Assembly (NCBI GenBank): GCA_050951805.1
Contig: JBMNJT010000004.1
Span: 106,120 to 170,119 of the forward strand
Direction of reading: 5' to 3'
DNA: 64,000 nt
Origin: Bacillota bacterium
GTDB taxonomy: Bacteria > Bacillota > DTU025
The position numbers and the translations under genes are program-made. Positions 31,222 to 41,662 of this stretch are shown here, one piece after another; position 1 is the stretch's first letter; each line of letters starts with the position of its first letter. The notes below the pieces were generated by a model. It was not told the origin of the DNA. It was given only the letters and a program-made list of their open reading frames with translations, and made no database searches.

Positions 31222-32442
31222 TTAGTTGATGTTTATCATCCACCATTCCTGAACTTCGGCCGAAGTTTTCCATATCCCGATCGGGTCAAGCATCCAGAAC
31301 TTCATGCTCTTTAGAGGCAAAGAAAGATTGGGCAAAAACTCGTTCTTCGGCTCGGCCAGCATGTCAGTGCGGGCTGGCCAATTACCCACTATAAAGAACG
31401 GTTTCATGCCAAGTCCCCCGTATTGATCTCCGAACAAGTATTTGATCAGCAGTTTAGCAGCGTTAGGATGCGGAGCCTTGTATGTGATGTTCATAAGGCT
31501 GGGATATAGTAGCCCCACAGTAGGCGTGATATTAGTTGTCGCCATGAGCTTGAGGCTGCCTCTAGCTGGGTCTTCTGCGTATCCTAGGCTGGAAAAGGGG
31601 ATTGATATCCCAATCGGCGGATTCTTGTTAGTAGGATCGCCCACTACGTTTATTAGATCTGTGTGTCGAGAGTATATGCGAGGTTTGTTTGCGATGATGC
31701 CTTTGAGAAGTTCGTATCCTGCATTTGGCGTGGTGAGACGAATGGGGCGTCCAAACACTCGCTGGTAATCACTGGCTAGATCGTCGGCGTTGAGCACTAT
31801 GGTTGTGATCAGGTCCAGACTAGATGCATCATTCACAGGATCAACCATTGCTATTTTGCCGCGCCACTCAGGCTTGGTCAGATCCCACCAGCTGTTGATG
31901 GGGCATTTCGGGTAGACCTTGGAATTATAGAAGATGGTTCGCGACTCGTATCGCTGGGCAACCAAGGGCTCGCGAAATGCCCGCGGGATCACGGATTCGA
32001 GCTCGGGCGGGTAGAACGGGAACAACATGTTCTTGTTGTAGAGGAGATGGAGTTGGTCCGCATAACCTGAGGCATGAAGTATGTCAGCATTGTATACGCC
32101 TGCTAATTGTTCTCGTTCGACCTTCTCGATGGCGCCTGTGGTTCCCAGCTCGTATACTTCCATGGTCACGCCCGGATAGAGTGATTCAAACTCTGACTTT
32201 AAGCTGATCGTTCGCGAGGAACTTGTGTAGATCACCACCTTGCCTTCGCGTTTAGCTGCTTGGTAAACTTTGTCCCAATCTACCTTAGCAGGTTGGTAGG
32301 GGCCGATCTCAACTTGCTTAAGCCATGCATCCACATCAGCAGGAAGTTTGGGGGCAGAATAGGCTCGTGGTGCCCCAACGTACGCTCCAATCATTCCAAC
32401 GAATACGCACAAGATTACTAACTTGATTATCCGTTGACTCAT
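31222..32442 (-). CDS. ABC transporter periplasmic/extracellular solute-binding protein (family 1; Fe(III)/polyamine-type)
   Basis: N-terminal signal/anchor MSQRIIKLVILCVFVGMIGAYVGA, then a typical SBP fold (GKVVIYTS ...). Confidence 0.7.
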   Translation of the reverse strand: MSQRIIKLVILCVFVGMIGAYVGAPRAYSAPKLPADVDAWLKQVEIGPYQPAKVDWDKVYQAAKREGKVVIYTSSSRTISLKSEFESLYPGVTMEVYELGTTGAIEKVEREQLAGVYNADILHASGYADQLHLLYNKNMLFPFYPPELESVIPRAFREPLVAQRYESRTIFYNSKVYPKCPINSWWDLTKPEWRGKIAMVDPVNDASSLDLITTIVLNADDLASDYQRVFGRPIRLTTPNAGYELLKGIIANKPRIYSRHTDLINVVGDPTNKNPPIGISIPFSSLGYAEDPARGSLKLMATTNITPTVGLLYPSLMNITYKAPHPNAAKLLIKYLFGDQYGGLGMKPFFIVGNWPARTDMLAEPKNEFLPNLSLPLKSMKFWMLDPIGIWKTSAEVQEWWMININ

Positions 32443-32466
32443 ACGATTCCCTCCTATTTTTGATAA

Positions 32467-33321
32467 TCATAGACAGTCATAGCGTTGGCGTAATGTATCT
32501 AAGCGACTGAGCTGCTCTACAGCATCATCGCCTTTTGCGAGCATAACGCCGAGGATCAATGCATCTACCAACGCAAGGGGGGCCCCCATGGGTCTGAAGG
32601 CCTCCATCGGACCGCGTTGAACAAGGAATACTTGGGTTGCCAGAGGATGCATTTTGGAATCAATGAGATCGGTGACGAGCAGGCTTTGTCCACCTTCTTG
32701 ATTGAGGTGTTCAAGTATAGCCATGGCTTCTAAGGTTACCCGGCGGAAAGCAAAAACTATAGCCAGATCTTCTGATCCTGCTTGGAATATCTTGTCGAAC
32801 AGACGCCTTCCGGTCTGGTTTACGCGGACTACCTGGCAACCAAGGCGCGATAGCCAGAAATCCGCAAGCACTGTAATGCTGGCCGGAGCGCCCTCGCCGA
32901 AAACAATCACTCGCCGAGCGCTGATTATTCTTTGCACTGCTTCTTCAACTTGTGCATCATTGACGCTTTGAAGGAGAAGCTGCAAGCTTTTTATGGTTTC
33001 ACTTACTACCATGGTCAATGGGCCTGCATTATCCGATTGTGCGTGGACCATTGCAGCAACTCTGCTGGATGAGCGAAACTGCTTCAGCAGTTCTGTTTGT
33101 AGCTGCTGTCGCATGTCGGGGTATCCGTTGAATTCGAGCATCTGGGCAAATCTGACTACCGTGGCCTCGCTAAGATCCATGCAACAAGCGAGATCAGCAC
33201 TGGACATCATGGCGACTTCCGGCATGTTTTGCAGTACGAAGTCGGCGAGACGCTGCTGACTCTTGGTCATAGAAGCATATTTTGAATGGATTCGCTCAGT
33301 GACAATCCCGAGGTTTTCCAC
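32467..33321 (-). CDS. RpiR/MurR-family transcriptional regulator (HTH_6 + SIS domain)
   Basis: N-terminal LTKSQQRLADFVLQNMPEVAMMSSADLACCMDLSEATVVRFAQMLEFNGYPDMRQ, with a C-terminal SIS phosphosugar-binding fold. Confidence 0.8.
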   Translation of the reverse strand: MENLGIVTERIHSKYASMTKSQQRLADFVLQNMPEVAMMSSADLACCMDLSEATVVRFAQMLEFNGYPDMRQQLQTELLKQFRSSSRVAAMVHAQSDNAGPLTMVVSETIKSLQLLLQSVNDAQVEEAVQRIISARRVIVFGEGAPASITVLADFWLSRLGCQVVRVNQTGRRLFDKIFQAGSEDLAIVFAFRRVTLEAMAILEHLNQEGGQSLLVTDLIDSKMHPLATQVFLVQRGPMEAFRPMGAPLALVDALILGVMLAKGDDAVEQLSRLDTLRQRYDCL

Positions 33322-33572
33322 GCTAATTCACCATCCTGTTGGAGAATGGCCGACATGGGCTAAAGTTTATATTCAACATATCTTGCAACATTCCTTCTTG
33401 TGCAAGATATATTACATATACATGGCTGGAGGAGACGAATGCCTGATAGATAAAGTTCATTTTGATGATAACAGGGCAACAGAGCGTTGGGTCGGGTGGA
33501 CCGATTAAGGAAAAGGAACACCTCCGGGGCGCACCGCCCCGAAGATGTTCCTTTTATGCTTTACCTTAAAGC

Positions 33573-35522
33573 TTACACCGCTTCATCGTACGCCCCGGCA
33601 AATTGGCTGTTGTAGAGGTCGTAGTAGAATCCGCGGGCTGCCATGAGCTCCTCATGGTTGCCCTGCTCCACGATGCGTCCATTATCCATTACCAGGATAG
33701 TGTCGGCATTGCGTATTGTCGAGAGGCGGTGGGCTATAACAAAGCTTGTTCTGCCACGCATCAGCTCTGCCATGGCCTCTTGTATCAGTACCTCGGTACG
33801 GGTATCCACCGAGCTTGTAGCCTCGTCGAGAATGAGGATATCGGGGTCGGCGAGGAAAGCTCGGGCGATTGTGAGCAGCTGTTTCTGCCCTTGGGATATG
33901 TTGGATGCCTCATCGCCCAGCTCGGTATCGTACCCTTTAGGCAGAGTCCTGACGAAGTGGTCGACATGGGCCGCGCGGGCCGCGGCCAGTATCTCCTCTT
34001 CGGTGGCATCCTCGCGCCCGTAGGCGATGTTGTCGCGTATGGTCCCGTTGAAGAGCCATGTGTCCTGAAGGACCATCCCGAATAATCTCCTCAGGTCGTT
34101 TCGGGCCATGTCGCGGATGTCAATGCCGTCTATGGAGATGCTTCCCCCATCCAGCTCGTAGAATCTCATCAAGAGGTTGACTACGGTGGTTTTGCCAGCG
34201 CCAGTGGGCCCGACTATGGCTACTGTCTGTCCTGGCTTAACCTCGAGGTTCATGTCCTCAATCAGCGGCACATCAGGCTTATATCTAAACGAGACGTTCT
34301 TGAAGACCACATGGCCTTCTACCTTTTCCAGGACTACAGGGTTTTCGGTGTCAGGCGTCTCCTCTTCCTCGTCGAGGAGCTCGAACACGCGCTCAGCTGA
34401 GGCCACTGTTGACTGAAGCACATTCATGATGCTAGCTGTCTGGACTATCGGCTGAGTAAACTGCCTTGAATACTGGATGAAGGCTTGGACGTCTCCGAGG
34501 GAGAGGACGCCATTGGCGACCTTCATACCCCCTATCACGCAGATTGCCACGTAGTTTAGGTTATTGATGAACTGCATGGCCGGCTGGATAGTGCTTGAGA
34601 TAAAGTGCGCCTTGAAGCTGGCCTGGTAGAGGCGGTCGTTTTCCTTATCGAACTCGTCGATCGCCTCTTGCTGGCGGTTGAAGGCCTTTACTATCCGATG
34701 GCCGGTGTACATTTCCTCTATATGTCCGTTGAGCGCGCCGGTGCTGTCCCATTGCTCCGCAAACTGCTTCTGGGAGCGTTTGGCGATGAACAGCGTGACG
34801 ATAACGCCCAAGGGCAATACTACCAGAGCAATTGCGGCAAGCAGCGGGCTGATGGAAAACATCATTATCAACACGCCGATTACCGTAAACGTCGCCGTAA
34901 CCAGCTGCGTCAGGCTTTGCTGAAGCGTGCTGGCGATGTTGTCTATGTCATTTGTCACCCGGCTCAGGATCTCTCCCCGCGTGTTGCTGTCGTAGTATTT
35001 CAGAGGCAGCCTCCCAAGTTTTGCATCCGCCTCTTTGCGCAGGCTGTACACGGTGCGCTGGGAGATTCCGGCCATGATGTAGTGCTGCAGCCAACTGAAC
35101 AAGGCGTTGGCGATGTATATTCCGACAAGTATGAGCAGTATTCGCTTGATGGCCTCGAAATCGACGCCGGCGCCGGGGACGATGTTCATTCCCGCCACCA
35201 TATCGGCCATCTGGTCCTTGCCGGCAGCCTTGAGCATGCTAATGATCTGTTCCTTGCCAAGTCCAGGAGGAAGCTGCTTCCCGATGACTCCTTCAAAGAG
35301 GATGTTCGTGGCTTTGCCCAGGATCTTCGGCCCAGCAATGGTCAGGACGACGCAGACTATGGATAAAACCATGACGATGATGAGCTGCGTCTTGTGCGGT
35401 TTGAGATACCCGAACAGCCTCTTCAACGACCCCTTGAAGTCGCGCGCTTTTTCTCCGGGCATCATGGCGCCTCGGGGACCATGTCCTCGCTGGCGTCGTG
35501 CTGCTGTTTTCTCTTCACTCAT
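33573..35522 (-). CDS. ABC exporter, fused permease-ATPase (type I exporter; heterodimer partner B)
   Basis: Six-TM N-domain, Walker A GPTGAGKTT, signature LSQGQKQLLTIARA, Walker B ILILDEATSSVD. Confidence 0.85.
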   Translation of the reverse strand: MSEEKTAARRQRGHGPRGAMMPGEKARDFKGSLKRLFGYLKPHKTQLIIVMVLSIVCVVLTIAGPKILGKATNILFEGVIGKQLPPGLGKEQIISMLKAAGKDQMADMVAGMNIVPGAGVDFEAIKRILLILVGIYIANALFSWLQHYIMAGISQRTVYSLRKEADAKLGRLPLKYYDSNTRGEILSRVTNDIDNIASTLQQSLTQLVTATFTVIGVLIMMFSISPLLAAIALVVLPLGVIVTLFIAKRSQKQFAEQWDSTGALNGHIEEMYTGHRIVKAFNRQQEAIDEFDKENDRLYQASFKAHFISSTIQPAMQFINNLNYVAICVIGGMKVANGVLSLGDVQAFIQYSRQFTQPIVQTASIMNVLQSTVASAERVFELLDEEEETPDTENPVVLEKVEGHVVFKNVSFRYKPDVPLIEDMNLEVKPGQTVAIVGPTGAGKTTVVNLLMRFYELDGGSISIDGIDIRDMARNDLRRLFGMVLQDTWLFNGTIRDNIAYGREDATEEEILAAARAAHVDHFVRTLPKGYDTELGDEASNISQGQKQLLTIARAFLADPDILILDEATSSVDTRTEVLIQEAMAELMRGRTSFVIAHRLSTIRNADTILVMDNGRIVEQGNHEELMAARGFYYDLYNSQFAGAYDEAV

Positions 35523-37258
35523 GCGACTTCCTCCTCTGAAAGCTGTGAGAGGACGATCTCACGATATACGGAACAGAGCTTCATCAGTTCCTCATGTGTC
35601 CCCATTCCCACGATCTCGCCTTTGTCGAGCACGATTATGCGTTCGGCATTCATGATAGTGCTCACACGCTGCGCCACGATGAAGACTATGGCGTCATCCA
35701 CTTCGTCATTGAGCGCGGCGCGAAGTGCGGCGTCGGTCTTGAAGTCAAGTGCGGAGAAGCTGTCATCGAAGACGTATATCTTCGGCCTTTTCACCAAGGC
35801 TCGCGCGATGGCTAGGCGCTGCTTCTGCCCTCCCGAGAAGTTCGTTCCTCCCTGAGAGACTGGGGCTTCAAGCTGTCCGGGCATCTCGGCGACGAAGTCG
35901 GCTGCCTGGGCTATGCGCAGGGCATGCCAGAGTTCGTCGTCGGTGGCATCGCGCTTTCCGTAGCGCAGGTTGCTGGCAATTGTCCCGCTAAAAAGGAAGG
36001 CTTTCTGTGGGACAAAGCCTATCTTGTTCCTCAGGTCCTCCTCAGGTATTTCCCGTATGTCTACTCCATCTATGAGCAGGCTGCCGCCGGTCACATCGTA
36101 GAAGCGGGGGATGAGGTTGATCAGAGTGGACTTCCCGCATCCTGTGCCGCCGACGATGGCGGTGGTTTCGCCCGGATAGGCGATGAAGGAGATTCCGCGC
36201 AGGACCGGAGTCTCTGCGCCCGGGTATGTGAACTCTACATCCCTAAATTCGACGCTCGCGTCGGAGTCGGCGGTGCCTGGGTTGAGCGCGGCCGGCGCCT
36301 TGGGGGCGGAGATAGACGGCTCAGTCTCGAGAACTTCGAGGATTCGTTCGGCCGAGGCACTGGCCCGCGGGATCATGATGAACATCACTGTGGCCATCAT
36401 CACCGCAATGAGGATTTGCATGGTGTAGGCGATGAAGGCTGTAAGGTTTCCTATGGGCATGGCCCCGCTGTCGATTCTGTGTGCGCCGAACCACATAATG
36501 GCTGCCATGGAGATGTTGACTATGAGCATCAGCAGCGGCATGGTGATGGCGACCATCCTGTTGATCTTCAAGGCTGTGGTTGTGAGATCGAGGTTGGCCT
36601 CATCGAATCGCGCCTCTTCGTAGTCGGTTTTAACAAAGGCTCTGATGACCCGGACTCCGGCAAGCTTCTCGCGGACTACCTGGTTGAGCCTGTCTATTTT
36701 TACCTGCATCGACTTGAATAGCGGCAGGGCGCGTCGCATGATCACACCGATGACCACGGCCATTACCGGCACAATGATGATGATGGATATGGACAATGGC
36801 ACGTCCTGGCGGAGAGCCATGATGATGCCGCCGATGCACATTACAGGGGCGGAGATCATGACGTTTAGGGTTATGAGGACTGCCATCTGTACCTGCTGCA
36901 CGTCGTTGGTGGTGCGGGTTATGAGTGAGGGTGTACCGAATTGGTCCACCTCTGCCTGGGAAAAACTCTGCACCTTGCGGAAAACGTCGCTCCTGAGGTC
37001 TCGGCCGAAGGACATTGCTGTTTTCGATCCCCAATATACCGAGACCACGGAGCATGCCGCCAGCAGTAAGGTGACGAGCAGCATGAACCCGCCTGTCTTC
37101 AGGATGTATTCGGTGTCGCCCCTAGCGATGCCGTTGTTGATGATATCGGCATTGAGGTCGGGCAGGTACAAATTGGCAATAGCCTGGACCAGAAGGAGTG
37201 CCATTACGAGGAACAGCTGCTTTTGGTAGGGCTTGAGGTATTGAAGTAGTTTTGTCAT
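35519..37258 (-). CDS. ABC exporter, fused permease-ATPase (heterodimer partner A)
   Basis: Six-TM N-domain, GGTGCGKST, LSGGQKQRLAIARA, IYVFDDSFSALD. Overlaps the downstream partner by 4 nt. Confidence 0.85.
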   Translation of the reverse strand: MTKLLQYLKPYQKQLFLVMALLLVQAIANLYLPDLNADIINNGIARGDTEYILKTGGFMLLVTLLLAACSVVSVYWGSKTAMSFGRDLRSDVFRKVQSFSQAEVDQFGTPSLITRTTNDVQQVQMAVLITLNVMISAPVMCIGGIIMALRQDVPLSISIIIIVPVMAVVIGVIMRRALPLFKSMQVKIDRLNQVVREKLAGVRVIRAFVKTDYEEARFDEANLDLTTTALKINRMVAITMPLLMLIVNISMAAIMWFGAHRIDSGAMPIGNLTAFIAYTMQILIAVMMATVMFIMIPRASASAERILEVLETEPSISAPKAPAALNPGTADSDASVEFRDVEFTYPGAETPVLRGISFIAYPGETTAIVGGTGCGKSTLINLIPRFYDVTGGSLLIDGVDIREIPEEDLRNKIGFVPQKAFLFSGTIASNLRYGKRDATDDELWHALRIAQAADFVAEMPGQLEAPVSQGGTNFSGGQKQRLAIARALVKRPKIYVFDDSFSALDFKTDAALRAALNDEVDDAIVFIVAQRVSTIMNAERIIVLDKGEIVGMGTHEELMKLCSVYREIVLSQLSEEEVA

Positions 37259-37288
37259 TCAGAAACTGACACCTCTCATGTAAGCAAA

Positions 37289-37840
37289 TCAAAGCTCCTG
37301 TGATATGTTGGAACACAGGGCGCTCAGGAGCCTGTCGAATTCTTCGCGGTCGCCGGAAGGCATTTTGCCGAAGGTGGCGTTGACGAAGTCCGCAAGCGCC
37401 TCGTTCATCTCTTCCTGTATTTTGCGTCCTGCATCAGTCAAGTATATGCGGGACAGTCGTTGGTCCTCCTCATCCGTTTTTCGGACTATCGTGCCTGCAG
37501 CCTCCATCTTCTGAAGCATCACGGTTACCGTGGATGACGCCACATGAAGCTTTCGGGCTAGGTCCCGCTGGGCAATGCCGTCATGACCGCTGAGGACCCA
37601 GAGGCATCCGGCTTGTCCGGGGTAAATTTCCTTTTCAGACAGCACTTTGAAGATTAGCTGGCGATACAAGCGCATTGCCTTGAAAAAGGAATGGAAGACG
37701 CGCAACGATAGAGGATCGACTCCATAAAGCTCTGTGACGGGCGTGGGATCATATGTCGATGAATGCACTGTTAGACCCCCTTTCAGCGATCGTAGGCCAG
37801 GCCCCGAGCACATAATCGTTGCCATGCTAATAGGTAGCAT
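37289..37840 (-). CDS. MarR-family transcriptional regulator
   Basis: wHTH region GQAGCLWVLSGHDGIAQRDLARKLHVASSTVTVMLQKMEAAGTIVRKTDEEDQRLSRIYLTDAGR. Immediately upstream of the ABC exporter pair. Confidence 0.8.
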   Translation of the reverse strand: MLPISMATIMCSGPGLRSLKGGLTVHSSTYDPTPVTELYGVDPLSLRVFHSFFKAMRLYRQLIFKVLSEKEIYPGQAGCLWVLSGHDGIAQRDLARKLHVASSTVTVMLQKMEAAGTIVRKTDEEDQRLSRIYLTDAGRKIQEEMNEALADFVNATFGKMPSGDREEFDRLLSALCSNISQEL

Positions 37841-38399
37841 GCTAACTATATGCGTAATGTATTGTAGCGCGTCTTGGCTGCGAGGTCAACAGGGATGTGT
37901 TGAGGGTGGCTGGGAATCAGTAGTATGAAGCTCTTAGCGTCTGGGCGGGCTCCGTGGGAGGGGATTTCGCGTCCCCGTACACGCTGCAAACTCTATCCGC
38001 TGCTAATAGAGGGGTTTAGGTCCGTTTCGCCAACGCCTGCTGCGCTCAATTCGAATGCTCTCCCTCCTGACCTTTTCCGGCTATACTGCGAATCGTCAGA
38101 TTTGCCCCGCATAGCATCGGTATGTCCAGTCCGAATGCTTCTATGAGCTTGGATAGATACTCTACTGCCTGTAGTATGCCTTTTTGTTTCCCACAGCGGA
38201 GCTATTCGATTGTCCGTATAAGACTTTGAAAGCTCAAAGCTTCGGTGTTCGCACCAACGTGTTCGCGTGGCCGAGTTGAGATTCTTCCATTACAATGACA
38301 GTTGACAAGCGGCATCTTTAGGGGCGGGAGCCATGCTCCGATGTTCTGCCTTTTAGTCTCAGGTGGCATATTGTCCACTTTGCCAAAGGGGGCTCCGAT

Positions 38400-38954
38400 A
38401 TGAACGGGGAATTGGAAAAAATGCTCTCGGGCGAGCTTTACGACGCCGGCGACCCTGAGTTGTACCGTATGCGTCTCAGAGCTCGCCGGTTGACCCGGGA
38501 GTTTAACGCCACAACGGAAGAGGAACACGACTTGCGTGCGACGATTTTGAAGGAGCTGTTTGCATCGGTGGGCAGCGCCTTCATTGAGCCGCCTTTCTAC
38601 TGCGATTATGGAAGTAACATATGCGTCGGCAAGAACTTCTACATGAATTTCAACTGCGTCATTCTTGACTGCGCTGCAGTTGAGATCGGTGACAACGTCA
38701 TGGCCGGTCCCGGGGTTCATATCTACACTGCATACCACCCGCTTGATGCCGCAGTGAGGGTGCAAGGCCTTGAACTTGCGGCGCCAGTCAAAATAGGAAA
38801 CAACGTCTGGATAGGCGGAGGGGCCATAATATGCCCTGGGGTTGTCATCGGCGATAACACAACGATCGGAGCGGGAAGCGTGGTGACTAGGGACGTTTTG
38901 GCCAATGTGTTCGCAGCGGGGAATCCCTGTCGGGTGATGAGAGACTTGGAGTAG
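38400..38954 (+). CDS. maa: Maltose/galactoside O-acetyltransferase (left-handed beta-helix, hexapeptide-repeat family)
   Basis: Typical Maa/LacA N-terminus (LSGELYDAGDPEL ... R.RA..L...FN) and hexapeptide repeats (IGDNVMAGPGVHI ... IGNNVWIGGGAIICPGVVIGDNTTIGAGSVV). Confidence 0.8.
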   Translation: MNGELEKMLSGELYDAGDPELYRMRLRARRLTREFNATTEEEHDLRATILKELFASVGSAFIEPPFYCDYGSNICVGKNFYMNFNCVILDCAAVEIGDNVMAGPGVHIYTAYHPLDAAVRVQGLELAAPVKIGNNVWIGGGAIICPGVVIGDNTTIGAGSVVTRDVLANVFAAGNPCRVMRDLE

Positions 38955-39100
38955 CGCTCATTTTTCCGGCTCGGGAACGGCGGCGGATTCGTCACTGGGC
39001 GGGGAATCGATTGTTGATGGAGGAGAAAGGAGTGGGCTGCCCGAACGCTTATCAGAACTGATGCAGCCTTTCGATTGTATATATTTGATGGGGGACGTGT

Positions 39101-39829
39101 ATGGATCTTCTTGTTGATGCCGACATTCTGGCGTGCCAGTACGCGTACGTGTATGAAGCGAGCCGTGGATGGGACGCGGGCGATGACTTTGATATAGATG
39201 ACGCAGGCTGGGCGATTTCTGGGTTTGATTCGGCGGTTGTTCGGATGATGAACGAGACGGGAACGGAAAATGCGATCCTTTGCTTTACCGGCAGGGATAA
39301 CTTCAGGTACTCGATACTGCCTACATACAAATCGAATCGGCGGGGCAAGCCCAGGCCGGTGCTTCTGGATGTGCTTATTGAACATGCGTGGGATATATGG
39401 AACTGCAAGTCAGTCGATTGCCTTGAGGCGGATGATGTGATGGGGATTATGGCGACTAGGTGGCCTGGGCGCTATGTAGTGGCCAGCACCGACAAGGATT
39501 TGAAGCAGATTCCCGGGCTCCATTACAACTGGAAGAAGGAGAGGGTTGCAGAAGTCGATCAGCGCCGGGCTGATTACTGGTTCTACTTTCAGGTGCTCAC
39601 CGGTGATTCTACAGATGGGTATGCGGGGTGTCCCGGCATTGGCGAATGCAGGGCCAGGCGGGTTTTGGAGGATGCTGCTCCTGACATGTGGGCGCGGGTT
39701 GTGGCCGCCTTCGAGTCCCGGGGGTTGACTGAGGAGGACGCTCTTATTCAGGCAAGGGTAGCCCGAATCCTGCGAGCAGATGACTACGATTTCGAAGAGA
39801 GCCAGCCTATCCTCTGGAGCCCGGCTTGA
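39101..39829 (+). CDS. xni: Standalone 5'-3' exonuclease / flap endonuclease (FEN/PIN-like + H3TH; Xni/ExoIX- or phage-type)
   Basis: Motifs LLVDADILACQYAY, TFRYSILPTYKSNRR, LEADDVMGIMAT, YVVASTDKDLKQIPGL and GDSTDGYAGCPGIGECRARRVLE correspond to the conserved FEN blocks, including H3TH GDxSDNIPGVPGIG. Confidence 0.7.
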   Translation: MDLLVDADILACQYAYVYEASRGWDAGDDFDIDDAGWAISGFDSAVVRMMNETGTENAILCFTGRDNFRYSILPTYKSNRRGKPRPVLLDVLIEHAWDIWNCKSVDCLEADDVMGIMATRWPGRYVVASTDKDLKQIPGLHYNWKKERVAEVDQRRADYWFYFQVLTGDSTDGYAGCPGIGECRARRVLEDAAPDMWARVVAAFESRGLTEEDALIQARVARILRADDYDFEESQPILWSPA

Positions 39830-40135
39830 ATGTGTAATAAGTCTGCTCCCGTCGGTGGCTTCGGTGCCGATCTTAGCAGTGATAAACCACATTGTCTGTA
39901 CCGATTTTCTGCCTTCCCCGCGGCTTTGCTGCAGATATGCATGACGCGGGTTTTGTTTTGCCTTCCGGCGCTTGTCTCTTGCAAGGCGTTGACGGGGATG
40001 GTTTTGATTCTCCTTCAGATGCCTGAGGATGTGCGGCCCAACTTATTTCTAGCTTTGATTGGGAAATACCGGATTCGGCTCACACTCAACTAATGGGGCG
40101 CTCGTCGCGGCCACCTGGGATTGAAAACCCAACCT

Positions 40136-41645
40136 GTCAACCGACTGTGAAAATGTCACCCCTTTTGGGGGTTAATCCGTCTGAGAAAATGTCACCCCCT
40201 GTGGTTGTGTTCCGCTGGCGAGCCCGCGCATTATGCGCAGGCTCGCGGCCGATTGAGATTAGGGTGCCGCCAGCGGGAAACTGTTGTTTTGTCTGTTTTT
40301 GGTCTGGGTTGCCTAGCGTGCTTGTTGAATGCGTTGTTGACGCTCGTAGCTCGCATGTTTCCAGGGATGATCATCCGGGGGCTTCCATGGCATCCTCGGG
40401 GCTTTAGGCTCTTGGGCTGCAGCCGAGGCTGAGTCTTCGATCGCCGGTGTGGAGTTGAACTCGGCTAGGCTGTAGCATTTTCCCTTGTAGAGTGCGTTGA
40501 TTGACCCGTCCATGTGCGTAAGCACGAAAACGGGATCCCTCCTGGCCAATCCGACAACATGGCCGTATGCGTCCAGAAGACGGAACTTGGTGCCATGGTA
40601 GGATATGAGTGATCCTCCCAGCCCTTGACGAGATTCCCTGATCGAAAGAATCATGTCGAGATCCATGTCGGGGGGCGGGTGTCTCATCAGCTGCAGGAAC
40701 GGCAAAGCGGGCGTTGTACCTGGGGATATATCTGAGGAGGAACTCATTTGCCTGTTCGATTGTGTTGATTCCGGCGAGGCGCATTTCAATAGGCAGTCTT
40801 CCCTGAAGCGTCTCCCATGCGCGCTCAATGCGGCCCTTTGCTTGAGGCGAATGCGCTGGTATGTGAGTGATCTGTAGTTCGTCGAGAATGCGGCCTATCT
40901 GGGTAAGGTTGACCCGTTTGCCCTGGAGTTGTTCTTCGATGGTGAGCTTGTCCATCTTGGGCGAGAAAAACATGGTATGGCGGTCAGAATACAAGCACAG
41001 CGGTATGCCGTTGTTCTCAAGCACCTGACGGAACACATGGAGGTATCCTATGATGTCTTCCTGAGGCCTGAAATACAGGCCCAGGATGGCTCCGGTGGCG
41101 TCGTCGATGATCCCATGAAGCGACATAGCTGGGCCTCTTCCTTCGAGCCAGTCGTAGGGACTGGCGTCGCATTGGAGCAAGATGCCCGATTGGGGTTTTC
41201 GCTCTCGCATGCGTCTGTGGCGCGGGGCTCTTTTGGTGGAGCACACTATCCCGGCTTTTTTCAGCAATCGTTGTACAGTGCGTGGACTCACCGAGATCTG
41301 ATAGCCCTCTGCCATGAGCTCGGACATATGGGTGCAATTTGCGTCTTTCAGGTCGGTCTGAGCTAGCTCTATGATGCGTGATGGGTCTAAAGGCTTGCGT
41401 CCGGCATTGCCATGCCCCAGGGCCTGGACCCCGTTACTCTGCATCTCCTTTTTGATCCGTTTGATCTGGCGGACACTTAATCCAAGCATCTTGGCAGCCT
41501 GCGCGTTTGTGATTTGCCCGGCGGCAAGCTGATCCATTACGAAGACCCTCTTCCGTACTTTTTCCGTCAAGATGACGTCCCCCTTGTTCATGGGTGACAT
41601 TATCTCAGACGCGTTATGGGGTGACAATATCACAGACGCGTAACA
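40136..41645 (-). mobile_element. IS element copy A (about 1.5 kb, rve/DDE transposase, IS481/ISNCY-like), transposase frameshifted
   Basis: Imperfect terminal inverted repeats (left ctgtgaaaatgtcacccc...; right ...ggggtgacaatatcacag), each end carrying a second inner copy of the motif. Near-identical to copy B except for a 14-nt deletion that shifts the transposase frame near 40690. Confidence 0.7.
40404..41633 (-). pseudogene. IS transposase, copy A (N-terminal HTH + rve integrase core), C-terminal part out of frame
   Basis: The N-terminal 330 aa are identical to copy B. The C-terminal region continues in another frame (ORF 40313..40828 encodes the expected ...ILSIRESRQ ... tail). Confidence 0.6.
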
Positions 41646-41662
41646 GATTGAAAACCCAACCT

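Noticed and set aside
33603-37229. Plus-strand ORFs inside the ABC exporter genes (e.g. 33603..34085, 34605..35366, 35924..36721, 36645..37229)
   Set aside because: They are antisense to well-supported ABC exporter CDSs and have no motifs.
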